Source: a virus
Lineage: Duplodnaviria > Caudoviricetes
Direction: 5' to 3' (one strand)
IMG/VR virus record: IMGVR_UViG_3300010344_000850
Span: 1-64,000 of that record
Length of the DNA stretch: 64,000 nt
The notes under the pieces were generated by a model that saw nothing but the letters and a program-made list of their open reading frames with translations, was not told the DNA's origin and did no database searches. Made by a program: the position numbers and the translations under genes. The stretch's first letter is position 1. Each line of letters opens with the position of its first letter. Of this stretch, positions 56,477 to 64,000 are shown piece after piece.

Positions 56477-57869
56477 GATTCACTTGAAGAACTTCAAAAA
56501 CTTTAAAGGTGTTCATTCTTTTGATTTTAATCAGTATAACCTTATTAGCGGTGAGAACGGAGCAGGGAAATCGACAGTAGCGTTAGATAGCGTTCTTTTC
56601 GCTCTTTACGGCTTCTCTAATCAAAAGCTAGAGAAGTTACCTAACAAAACAGTTAATCCGAGGAAATGTTCGGTAACTCTAGAAATAGATAATCTTGTAA
56701 TCACTAGAGAAATACCTGTTAAACTAACTATTGTTGAAGACGGAGTTAAGAAAGAATTCGCTACTAATAGGGAGGCTCAAAAATATCTTAATGAGCGTTA
56801 TAAGAACGTAGAATATTTCCGTAAGTTTAGAATGATTGATATTACGAAAGGAATTAATATTCTAGAACAAGGAAACTCAGCCCTTCTAGAGACTCTTTTT
56901 AGCTATCATCAAGAATATATTAGTTCTATTCGTGAGAAGCTATTAGAGAAGAAAAGCGAGAGAGAACGCCTTAATATAGACGATGTTAAGCTCTATACTA
57001 TGTTCCCTAGTCAAAAAAGATATGATTTTTTATCAAGTTTCCTTAGAGAGATAGAAGGACAGTTTCATGAGATTACTACTATTTCTAATCATCATCAGAA
57101 TGAATACTATAAACACTTAAACGCTAAGAAAAGAAAAGACGCAGAGAAGCTTCGGCTTTCTAAACAATCTTCTAGGGTTACTCAAGAAGCTAAGTGTCCT
57201 TTATGTAGGAACGTTCTTAATAAAACAGAGCAAGCGGGAATCACAGAAGATATTAAAAAGAAGATTGTTCAATTAACGTTAGATTCTAATTCTTTAATTG
57301 ATAAGGTTAATGAGTCTTTAAAAGAAGCTCAGAAGGCTAACGGAAAGAAGAAAGCCTTAGAAGAACAGAAGAATAGAATTACTCACTTAAAATATAAGCT
57401 AGAGACTAGGTTAAAACAGAAGGATTTTATCTACACTACTAAAGATATTGAGACGATTAAATCAGCTATTAAAGAACTAGACAAGTTTTCTAATCAGTAT
57501 ATTTTAAAGTATATTAAAATCTTAGAACCTATTATCAATAATGTTATTAAGATAGTAGGATTTAACGTAGAGTTCTTAATCAATGATAAAAAGAAGATAG
57601 ACATTAAGCTATTGAAAGATAATGTAGAATTTGACTACTACGACTTGTCAAGCGGTCAAAAACTTCTTCTTACAGTAGGTTTTCAGTTAGCTTTGTTATT
57701 AGAGAAAAGTGAAGAAGGAATTATTATTGCAGATGAAGGATTTTCAAGTCTTAGTTCTAATAATCTTGACTTGCTTCTCGACATGATTAAGGACTACCCG
57801 TTTCAGTTAGTGTATGTTATTCACAGAAGCTTAAGCGTCCCTTTAGGGATAAAGGAGATAAAACTTTAA
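56463..57869 (+). CDS. SbcC/Rad50/gp46-like SMC ATPase
   Basis: LKNFK, Walker A GENGAGKS, coiled coil with CPLC zinc hook, LSSGQ signature, IIADEGF. Confidence 0.92.
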   Translation: MIIHKIHLKNFKNFKGVHSFDFNQYNLISGENGAGKSTVALDSVLFALYGFSNQKLEKLPNKTVNPRKCSVTLEIDNLVITREIPVKLTIVEDGVKKEFATNREAQKYLNERYKNVEYFRKFRMIDITKGINILEQGNSALLETLFSYHQEYISSIREKLLEKKSERERLNIDDVKLYTMFPSQKRYDFLSSFLREIEGQFHEITTISNHHQNEYYKHLNAKKRKDAEKLRLSKQSSRVTQEAKCPLCRNVLNKTEQAGITEDIKKKIVQLTLDSNSLIDKVNESLKEAQKANGKKKALEEQKNRITHLKYKLETRLKQKDFIYTTKDIETIKSAIKELDKFSNQYILKYIKILEPIINNVIKIVGFNVEFLINDKKKIDIKLLKDNVEFDYYDLSSGQKLLLTVGFQLALLLEKSEEGIIIADEGFSSLSSNNLDLLLDMIKDYPFQLVYVIHRSLSVPLGIKEIKL

Positions 57870-57993
57870 TGAAAAAGAAGAAGAAAATTAATCCTAAAGT
57901 AAAAATTAAATACGGTTTCGAAAAAGACGAAGAAATTATAATAGACTTTACTGATTTAATGAAAACTCTAAAGGAACTAGGAATGTTGAAAAA

Positions 57994-58662
57994 ATGAAAG
58001 AGTGCGTCATATGTGGAGGCGGAGCGAGTGTTACTGAAGGAGTTGAGACAGGACTGTGGGATAAGCTGAAAGAAAGCGGAATTGAAGTATGGTCGGTAAA
58101 CTACGCTTTTAGAGCTATGAAGCCTCTTCTTCCTACAAAACAGCTATGGTGTGATACGACCTTCTTTAAGAACAACATTAAAGATTTAGAAGAGTTAGCG
58201 AAGTCAGGTGTAGAGTGCCATACAAAGAAAAACGATAGATATAATTTCATAAACAATATTATTCAACATGAATGCACTAGAAAACCTGAAGAAAAAGATA
58301 ATAAAGTATTTATAGGGGCTTTAGGTCTTAGCGGAATGTTTAGCTTGTCTTTAGCCGTACAGATGAAATATGATACTATTTATCTCTTAGGAATGGACTT
58401 CGGAGTTCCGAATCAAGGAATAGCACAAACTCATTTCTATCAGGGAAAGATGGAATATATTTCAACGGGTGTAGGAAGGCCACAAGTTTATTTAGACGGA
58501 AATAGCCCTAAAAAGGCGGTAAGAGATTTTGATATTTATAAAGATATACCTAATATATTTAATGTAAGTTTAATTTCCAATATACAATCCTATAGGAAGA
58601 TTGGATATCCTGAATTCTATGGCAAAATATCGAAAAAAGAAAAAGATTCTCCTTTACTGTAA
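57994..58662 (+). CDS. glycosyltransferase-like protein (MAF/DUF115-type Rossmann fold)
   Basis: CVICGGGAS, VN.AF, D..F, SG...L.LA.......IYLLGMD, THFY. Confidence 0.65.
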   Translation: MKECVICGGGASVTEGVETGLWDKLKESGIEVWSVNYAFRAMKPLLPTKQLWCDTTFFKNNIKDLEELAKSGVECHTKKNDRYNFINNIIQHECTRKPEEKDNKVFIGALGLSGMFSLSLAVQMKYDTIYLLGMDFGVPNQGIAQTHFYQGKMEYISTGVGRPQVYLDGNSPKKAVRDFDIYKDIPNIFNVSLISNIQSYRKIGYPEFYGKISKKEKDSPLL

Positions 58663-59311
58663 TCCTCTTATACAGGAAGCGTTAATAAAAAACATTCCTA
58701 ATTGTAACTTTGAAGTAGGAGAGACTTTAGTACAGATTAGAGAATATAAACCTAATATTATTATTTTTGATAGAGAAGTAGAGAGAATATGCAAATACGC
58801 TAATAAAAAGACATATTTATTGTTCTTATCGAACGATAGTGTTTTTACAGGAGTATTAGAGAATGGATTTGACTCGAAGATGTTACCTAATCCTTCTACT
58901 CCTGAAGGAAAGAAACAATTAGAGTATGAAGAATTAGTTATTAAAAGAGGGAATAGTTTAGTTCTTAGATTAGCTTATATCCTTAACAATGTAGATTTAT
59001 TAAAAATCATAGAAGATATTAGGAATAATCGTAAGATAAACAATCAAATCTACCTATATCCTATGATAGCTGATGATGTTTCTAAGGTTCTAGATACTCT
59101 AATATCACTAGAAGCTAAAGGAATAGCTCATTTAAGAGGCTCTGAGAAGGTTACTTTTTATAAGATAGCCTGTCTTATAGCTGAGAAATTAAAGCTTCCT
59201 GTTCCTTTAAGTAATTACGCTTTCGGTAAAACTGTTAATATTAAGCTTTCAGGAATTGTTCTTCCTTTTTTAATACGAAAATATGTTTTTGACAACGGAG
59301 ATATAAAATGA
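58601..59311 (+). CDS. degenerate RmlD/SDR-like protein
   Basis: KPNIII, FLS.DSVF.G, P...EGK.Q..YE, LVLR, DD....L..L...GI.HL.G.E..T.Y; lacks GxxGxxG and YxxxK. Confidence 0.5.
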   Translation: MDILNSMAKYRKKKKILLYCNPLIQEALIKNIPNCNFEVGETLVQIREYKPNIIIFDREVERICKYANKKTYLLFLSNDSVFTGVLENGFDSKMLPNPSTPEGKKQLEYEELVIKRGNSLVLRLAYILNNVDLLKIIEDIRNNRKINNQIYLYPMIADDVSKVLDTLISLEAKGIAHLRGSEKVTFYKIACLIAEKLKLPVPLSNYAFGKTVNIKLSGIVLPFLIRKYVFDNGDIK

Positions 59312-59709
59312 TAGATATTCCTAGACAATATAGAAAGATGATTTATACCAATAGCGAAGAAGGTTTTTCTGATTTAGGAGGAGCTGAAACCTTCCTATTA
59401 ACTAGAACGGCTATGATATCTGAGGACGGAAATAACACTATTCTTGTTCAGGTTAGGAGAAAAGGAGAACAAGTAGCTAAACTAAGAGAATTAGCTATTT
59501 CAGAGGACGGTCATACTGATGAAGGTTTTATTACTATGATTCTTCCTAAGAAAGACTTAGAAAAAACTATTGAGATAACAGGAGTAGTTAAAGGTAGGAG
59601 AAAACAAAATACTACAAAATTTGATAATTTAAAAGAATTTTACGGTTGTGATATTATTATGTCTAAATGTCGTCAAATCGGATTTAAAGGAGAACCTATA
59701 ATCAAATGA
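59308..59709 (+). CDS. hypothetical protein
   Basis: SD GGAG; ATGA overlap. Confidence 0.6.
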   Translation: MIDIPRQYRKMIYTNSEEGFSDLGGAETFLLTRTAMISEDGNNTILVQVRRKGEQVAKLRELAISEDGHTDEGFITMILPKKDLEKTIEITGVVKGRRKQNTTKFDNLKEFYGCDIIMSKCRQIGFKGEPIIK

Positions 59710-60053
59710 GAAATACCATAGCTAAAAAATTACGAAAAAAGTTTTGGGACAAACAAAATCCGAGAGAAGCTCAGTTGTTCAAGAACAAAGAAACTAGTAC
59801 TTTTATAGCCGAAGGTCGTAGGCGTGAATATCAAGAAGCTAAACGCAAATATAAATCAAACGAGGAGAACTAATGTTAACAGAGGGTTGTTGGGAAACAT
59901 TGAATGATTATAGAGTGTGGATTTACGGAGGTCATAAGATGACGAAGAGTGAAAGAATTCATGAAGCTAAGGAAATAGCTAAAAGCGGTTATCTTAAGAT
60001 TGATAATCAGTTAAGGCGAGTAGTTAACGGAAAAACAAACAAAGATACATAAC

Positions 60054-60362
60054 ATGATTTCTAAGCCTGAATTACAATATAGTCTTGATACTATAGTAGT
60101 TGATATTTTAGATGATGTTATCGCTCCTTTGATAGGAGAAGCTCCTGGGATACTCAAAATCGACCCACATCACACTAATTTAGAGGAGTTCTTTGAACAA
60201 CCTTTAGATAGTCAAAGAGCTATTAAAAGAATAATCGAAAAGTATCAGTTACCTCATTCTATGAAAGAGTACATAGACGAGGGTTTTAGTTTTATTCAGT
60301 TAGCTACCTTAATTTTAATATCAGGGGCTTATAACGAAGACTATCGGAGTATAAAAAAGTGA
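60054..60362 (+). CDS. hypothetical protein
   Basis: Operon context. Confidence 0.55.
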   Translation: MISKPELQYSLDTIVVDILDDVIAPLIGEAPGILKIDPHHTNLEEFFEQPLDSQRAIKRIIEKYQLPHSMKEYIDEGFSFIQLATLILISGAYNEDYRSIKK

Positions 60363-60838
60363 ACGAATCTAAATTCAAAACATTAAGACATATTGAAGCT
60401 GTCAGAAACTATCTTAATCTATGTATTAAGAATCTATTAGACCGTCAAGAGTGTCATGACCAATCTAAACTAGATTCTCCTGAGGCTGAGATATTTGCAG
60501 AGTATACACCTAAATTAAGAGATGTTACTTACGGTTCTCCCGAATACAAACAGTTTCTTAAGGAAATGAATGTAGCTTTAGAACATCATTATTCACTCTC
60601 TAGTCACCACCCTGAACATTTCGCTAACGGGATAAATGACATGAACCTTCTAGATATACTCGAAATGATTACGGACTGGAAGGCAAGTAGCATGAGACAT
60701 AATGACGGAAATTTACTTAAGAGTATCGAAATTAATACGAAGAGATTTAAAATTTCTAAACAGCTAGTAAATATTCTTAAAAATACAGCTAGATTTTTAG
60801 ACGAACAAAAAGTTAATCATAAGGCTTGTGAATCATGA
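60359..60838 (+). CDS. HD-like protein (DUF5662-like)
   Basis: HI..V, HD.SK...E, ALEHHY..S.HHPEH, M...D..EM..DW. Confidence 0.75.
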   Translation: MNESKFKTLRHIEAVRNYLNLCIKNLLDRQECHDQSKLDSPEAEIFAEYTPKLRDVTYGSPEYKQFLKEMNVALEHHYSLSSHHPEHFANGINDMNLLDILEMITDWKASSMRHNDGNLLKSIEINTKRFKISKQLVNILKNTARFLDEQKVNHKACES

Positions 60839-60995
60839 AAAAATATAGAATAATTAGATGTAAGGACTGTCCTAGTTGTAGAGTTGACGCTTTTTCTAAA
60901 ACTAAAGATAGGTGTGAGTTAACAGTTCCTTTTAAAAAAGTTGATATCAATAAATTACCTAAATGGTGTCCTTTAGAGGAGTATAATAATAAATC

Positions 60996-61238
60996 GTGAA
61001 CAAACTAACTAGAAATATGAGTACAAAAAAGAATAGAGAGTATTGGGCTAAAGCTAAAAAAACTGAAGAGATTGTAGCTAGTTGGCCTAAATGGAAGAGA
61101 GACATTCATATTTGCGGAACTAAAATATCGGTAGGCGGTGAGATTATTTGTCGCTGTACTCATCCTGAAAGATACGATAAGATTCGTGAACAAGAGAGAA
61201 TTGATGCAAAGAGATACTCTTATTGGCCAGGTGATTAA
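60996..61238 (+). CDS. hypothetical protein
   Basis: SD GAGGAG; operon context. Confidence 0.5.
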   Translation: MNKLTRNMSTKKNREYWAKAKKTEEIVASWPKWKRDIHICGTKISVGGEIICRCTHPERYDKIREQERIDAKRYSYWPGD

Positions 61239-61462
61239 TGAGTTTAATCTTTGACCATTGGAAAAGAGATGAAGACGGAATGTTTTGTGATAAAATAAAA
61301 CCTATTATTCCATTATCTAGATTAGGATATCTCAAAAATCGCCTAATAAGAATTAAAAAAGGAGAAAGAGTTTTAAAAGTTTATGTAGACGGATATGATG
61401 ATTTTTTGCAATTTGATTCTAAAATTGAACAAAAATATAACATAAAGGTAAGATATATATGA
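61238..61462 (+). CDS. hypothetical protein
   Basis: TAATG overlap. Confidence 0.5.
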   Translation: MSLIFDHWKRDEDGMFCDKIKPIIPLSRLGYLKNRLIRIKKGERVLKVYVDGYDDFLQFDSKIEQKYNIKVRYI

Positions 61463-62049
61463 AAGTTGAATTGTTAGCTATAACTCCTAATTCAGAAGAA
61501 CTTATTGAAAAGGCTACAAGAACTTGTTATGACTCTGAGTGTAATCCTGAGACAAGGACTTCTTTTCTTAAAGGAGTAATGAAAAGAGGTCATGAATCCG
61601 TTATAGAACACGCTTCAGCTACCTTTAAAATAGAGGGTGTTTCTAGGGCTTTAACTCATCAATTAGTACGTCATAGAATTGCTAGTTACTCTCAAGTTAG
61701 TCAGAGATATGTCAAGTTTGATAATTTTAAATATATTGTTCCTCCTGAAATTGAAAGAAACAAAAAAGCTAAACAAAAATTTGAAGAAACTATGAGTTCT
61801 ATTAGAGTAGCTTATGAGAATTTAGTTTACTTAGGAATTAAAGCGGAGGACGCTAGGTTTGTTCTTCCTAACGCCTGTGAGACAGAGATTGTAGTTACGA
61901 TGAATTTTAGAGCTTTAAGGAACTTTTTGAAGTTAAGATTAGATAGTCATGCACAGTGGGAAATAAAAGAGCTTGCACATAGAATGTTAGAAATACTCTA
62001 TGGGCAAGCCCCGTCTATTTTCGAAGATTTAAAACTAGCTGTAAGTTGA
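61459..62049 (+). CDS. thyX: FAD-dependent thymidylate synthase
   Basis: GHESV.EH, SRALTHQLVRHR.ASYSQ.SQRY, EDAR..LPNA, LR...HAQWEI. Confidence 0.95.
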   Translation: MKVELLAITPNSEELIEKATRTCYDSECNPETRTSFLKGVMKRGHESVIEHASATFKIEGVSRALTHQLVRHRIASYSQVSQRYVKFDNFKYIVPPEIERNKKAKQKFEETMSSIRVAYENLVYLGIKAEDARFVLPNACETEIVVTMNFRALRNFLKLRLDSHAQWEIKELAHRMLEILYGQAPSIFEDLKLAVS

Positions 62050-63027
62050 ATCTTTGTAATCCATAGTGTAGTGGTGATTATCAACAAAGAAAGCCTGTTT
62101 ATTAGCTACTGAACTAGACGAGCGTATCATGTACGACCCCTCATAAGCGGAGTTTCCTGTATTACGAATAGTTACATAGATTGAACCGTTATAGCTACAG
62201 AATTTCCACTCCTCATTTAAAAACTCCTCGCTTGACATAGCTAGAAGCCCTATTACACTATCCGAAGGGATAATATAGTAGGCTTCGGCTACTGTCACAG
62301 GAGTAGTCGTAGTAGAAAATCTCACCCAATATTTTGTCTCTCCGTCTATAGCCGTAGTAGCCCAATCCTCAGGAATTGTCCACGTTATTTTTCCGTCACT
62401 CTCAAAGCCTGATGTAGCGTCAGCATATTCTAAACCCGAAGCTCCTAGTTCTTCCCACGTAGCTCCGTTATAATATTCCGCTACTAAAGTATAATTACTT
62501 CCTCTTGTAGAGAACTCAAATTTAGCTCCTCCGAAAGTACTAGCTTCTCCTAGATAAAGATATTCTGTAGTATCGCTCATCAATTCAAAAGCTGTTCCTT
62601 CTTCTGTACCCGCTTCTGTAGTATTATCAGTATAAGTTGACCCGTCATTTAATAGAACAAAATCAAAAGCCGTAGCTGTTTCAGATGTAGCTAAACCTTC
62701 ATTAGTTAAAGATTTATCATCAAAGTAGAGTTTATTTCGGATATCATAAGCGTAATTATCAGGTGTATATTTCCATATTGAATAGCCCGATTCAGCGTGA
62801 ATATGAGTAAACCCTGTATAAGTAGCTAGAGTATGACCTAAAGATACATTTCTCAGGTACTTGCGTTGATAAGCCGACCCTAAATCAGTATATAAAGCGT
62901 CCACTTCATTTTTATTAAATTCAGCTTTATCAATCTTTCCGTTGAGAGCCAATATCATATCATTTAACAATGAAATCTTTTGACTCACGGTAAGATTTTC
63001 ATTGACTTTATATATTGAAGTTGTCAT
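62035..63027 (-). CDS. probable virion/structural-associated beta-rich protein
   Basis: Thr/Gly/acidic, aromatic-rich 330-aa ORF (EYYNGATW...DG.ITW..P.DW...YWVR); first gene of the oppositely oriented module. Confidence 0.55.
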   Translation of the reverse strand: MTTSIYKVNENLTVSQKISLLNDMILALNGKIDKAEFNKNEVDALYTDLGSAYQRKYLRNVSLGHTLATYTGFTHIHAESGYSIWKYTPDNYAYDIRNKLYFDDKSLTNEGLATSETATAFDFVLLNDGSTYTDNTTEAGTEEGTAFELMSDTTEYLYLGEASTFGGAKFEFSTRGSNYTLVAEYYNGATWEELGASGLEYADATSGFESDGKITWTIPEDWATTAIDGETKYWVRFSTTTTPVTVAEAYYIIPSDSVIGLLAMSSEEFLNEEWKFCSYNGSIYVTIRNTGNSAYEGSYMIRSSSSVANKQAFFVDNHHYTMDYKDSTYS

Positions 63028-63044
63028 TTTGTTTTCCTTACTTT

Positions 63045-63425
63045 TTATAAATAGTTATTAAATATAGAGTGTTTATCTCTTTTATCTTTTATTTTAAAAG
63101 AAACGGAAATCTTTATATATTCAGGATAAGCACTCCATTCGTCTCCTTGTTCTAATGAAAATTTCCAATTTTTTATAGTTTCTTCCGCTGCTTTGTCTAA
63201 TCTTTTATTTCCTGAACTTTTTTCAATAGCAGTTCTACCTACTGTTCCTCCAGGCAAAATCTCAACAGCTACTATAGTAGTTCCTTCAATTCCTGAACGA
63301 AATAAAGAATCTGGATATTTAACAGCAGCAACATAAGAAGTAAAAAGAAGTTTTCTTTTTACTTCATCAGCTATTGAAATTTGACAAAATATAAAACATA
63401 GTAAAAAAATAAAAAACGTTTTCAT
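63045..63425 (-). CDS. signal peptide + TonB C-terminal domain protein
   Basis: YP....R.GIEG...V.VEI...G.V....I.KSSG..RLD.AA...I..WKF...I.V.F is the TonB_C signature. Confidence 0.8.
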   Translation of the reverse strand: MKTFFIFLLCFIFCQISIADEVKRKLLFTSYVAAVKYPDSLFRSGIEGTTIVAVEILPGGTVGRTAIEKSSGNKRLDKAAEETIKNWKFSLEQGDEWSAYPEYIKISVSFKIKDKRDKHSIFNNYL

Positions 63426-63655
63426 TGTACTTTTGTGTAATGTTTTTTTATAGGTTCAGATAATAATCTATAATCAGTTTTTCCTATACATCTTTTTAAT
63501 CTTTGATTTGTAGTTCTATCAGTATATTGTCCTGTACAATAACAAGAATCAAAAGAATTCATATTATTACATTCGTTAAATAAATCAATGTTTTCCTTTG
63601 AACTCATACTAAAAACAAATAAACAAAAAATTAATATTAAAGATTTTTTTTTCAT
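63422..63655 (-). CDS. small secreted Cys-containing protein
   Basis: Signal peptide; C...CYC...C. Confidence 0.55.
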   Translation of the reverse strand: MKKKSLILIFCLFVFSMSSKENIDLFNECNNMNSFDSCYCTGQYTDRTTNQRLKRCIGKTDYRLLSEPIKKHYTKVQ

Positions 63656-63668
63656 ATTTTTCCTTATC

Positions 63669-64000
63669 TTACTCGCATAAAATTAAATTTACAGTAGAAC
63701 CTGATGAGCGAACTCCCCCAATGAACTGAGCAACACCTACCACACCACAAGTTGTCCACTTCATCTGAACACTAGTAGAACTTATTTTCGCTAATCCAGA
63801 TTTTAAAGAATACATTGGCATTGGAGGGAATGGAAAGCCAGGATGATGAGAAAAAATTGCTGAGTGCCAAGGAGAAAATATATAATAAGGATTAGAATAA
63901 TTTGGATGAGAATAAGTTGACCCTATAGTAGCTATTCCTGATTCTAAAATTTTAAATGAATTAGATAAAGTATGATAAATCAAATTCCCTAAACTATCCC
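63669..64000 (-). CDS. 3' end of a gene running off the window (possible tail-associated protein)
   Basis: Frame stays open beyond 63983 to the window edge. Confidence 0.45.
   Translation of the reverse strand, partial: DSLGNLIYHTLSNSFKILESGIATIGSTYSHPNYSNPYYIFSPWHSAIFSHHPGFPFPPMPMYSLKSGLAKISSTSVQMKWTTCGVVGVAQFIGGVRSSGSTVNLILCE

Noticed and set aside
1-62000. Short minus-strand ORFs in the track (e.g. 2574-2891, 8172-8519, 13000-13299, 17632-18057, 38909-39316, 40018-40266)
   Set aside because: They lie antisense to well-supported + strand genes, lack SD sites and motifs, and have the Ser/Phe/Leu-rich composition of shadow frames.
1-64000. Stop-codon reassignment (TAG or TGA read-through) suggested by interrupted genes
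   Set aside because: Long conserved genes are uninterrupted in code 11 and several end in TAG or TGA at expected positions; the lesions include TAA and indels, so they are not a code change.
1-64000. CRISPR, TIGR-like or other repeat-spacer arrays; tRNA and rRNA genes
   Set aside because: No regularly spaced repeats or cloverleaf/T-loop signatures were seen in the intergenic regions by eye; a tRNAscan/CRISPR search would be needed to exclude degenerate cases.

Overview
AT-rich segment of a large dsDNA bacteriophage genome. It has sigma70-type promoters, AGGAG-type Shine-Dalgarno sites and the standard genetic code. From 1 to ~62 kb the genes are almost all on the + strand. (i) The early region (~0.3-16 kb) holds small ORFs under many TTGACA/TATAAT promoters, a secreted lysozyme-like protein, a Zn-repeat amidoligase + class II glutamine amidotransferase pair, RtcB, an HNH nuclease, RuvB, a repeat-flanked DNA methyltransferase and RNA-end-processing enzymes. 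(ii) A sigma-factor-like gene, sliding clamp and clamp loader follow; the two loader subunits are separated by a phased-tract DNA element, a promoter, a ~280-nt structured RNA candidate and a small HNH gene. (iii) A ~10-gene glycan cluster (Gmd, cupin, DegT/Per aminotransferase, GT2, LicD, GT-B, GT10-like, GT-A, 2 methyltransferases) is followed by a frameshifted ParB-like gene and an intein-split radical SAM gene. (iv) The replication/recombination/nucleotide module encodes a 5'-3' exonuclease, SSB, a Prim-Pol/helicase with two inteins, RuvC-like and Hjc-like nucleases, RecA, PolB with an intein, NrdJ, SbcD/SbcC and ThyX. Convergent minus-strand genes start at ~62 kb (probably virion-related, plus a secreted TonB C-terminal domain). 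No tRNA, rRNA or CRISPR array was recognised. The most promising unexplained features are the promoter-structured RNA-HNH cassette, the glycan/ParB/radical SAM cluster, a second structured RNA before the primase-helicase, a duplicated phased-tract DNA element, and an antisense sRNA with a perfect promoter. All family assignments come from motif recognition by eye; no database searches were run.
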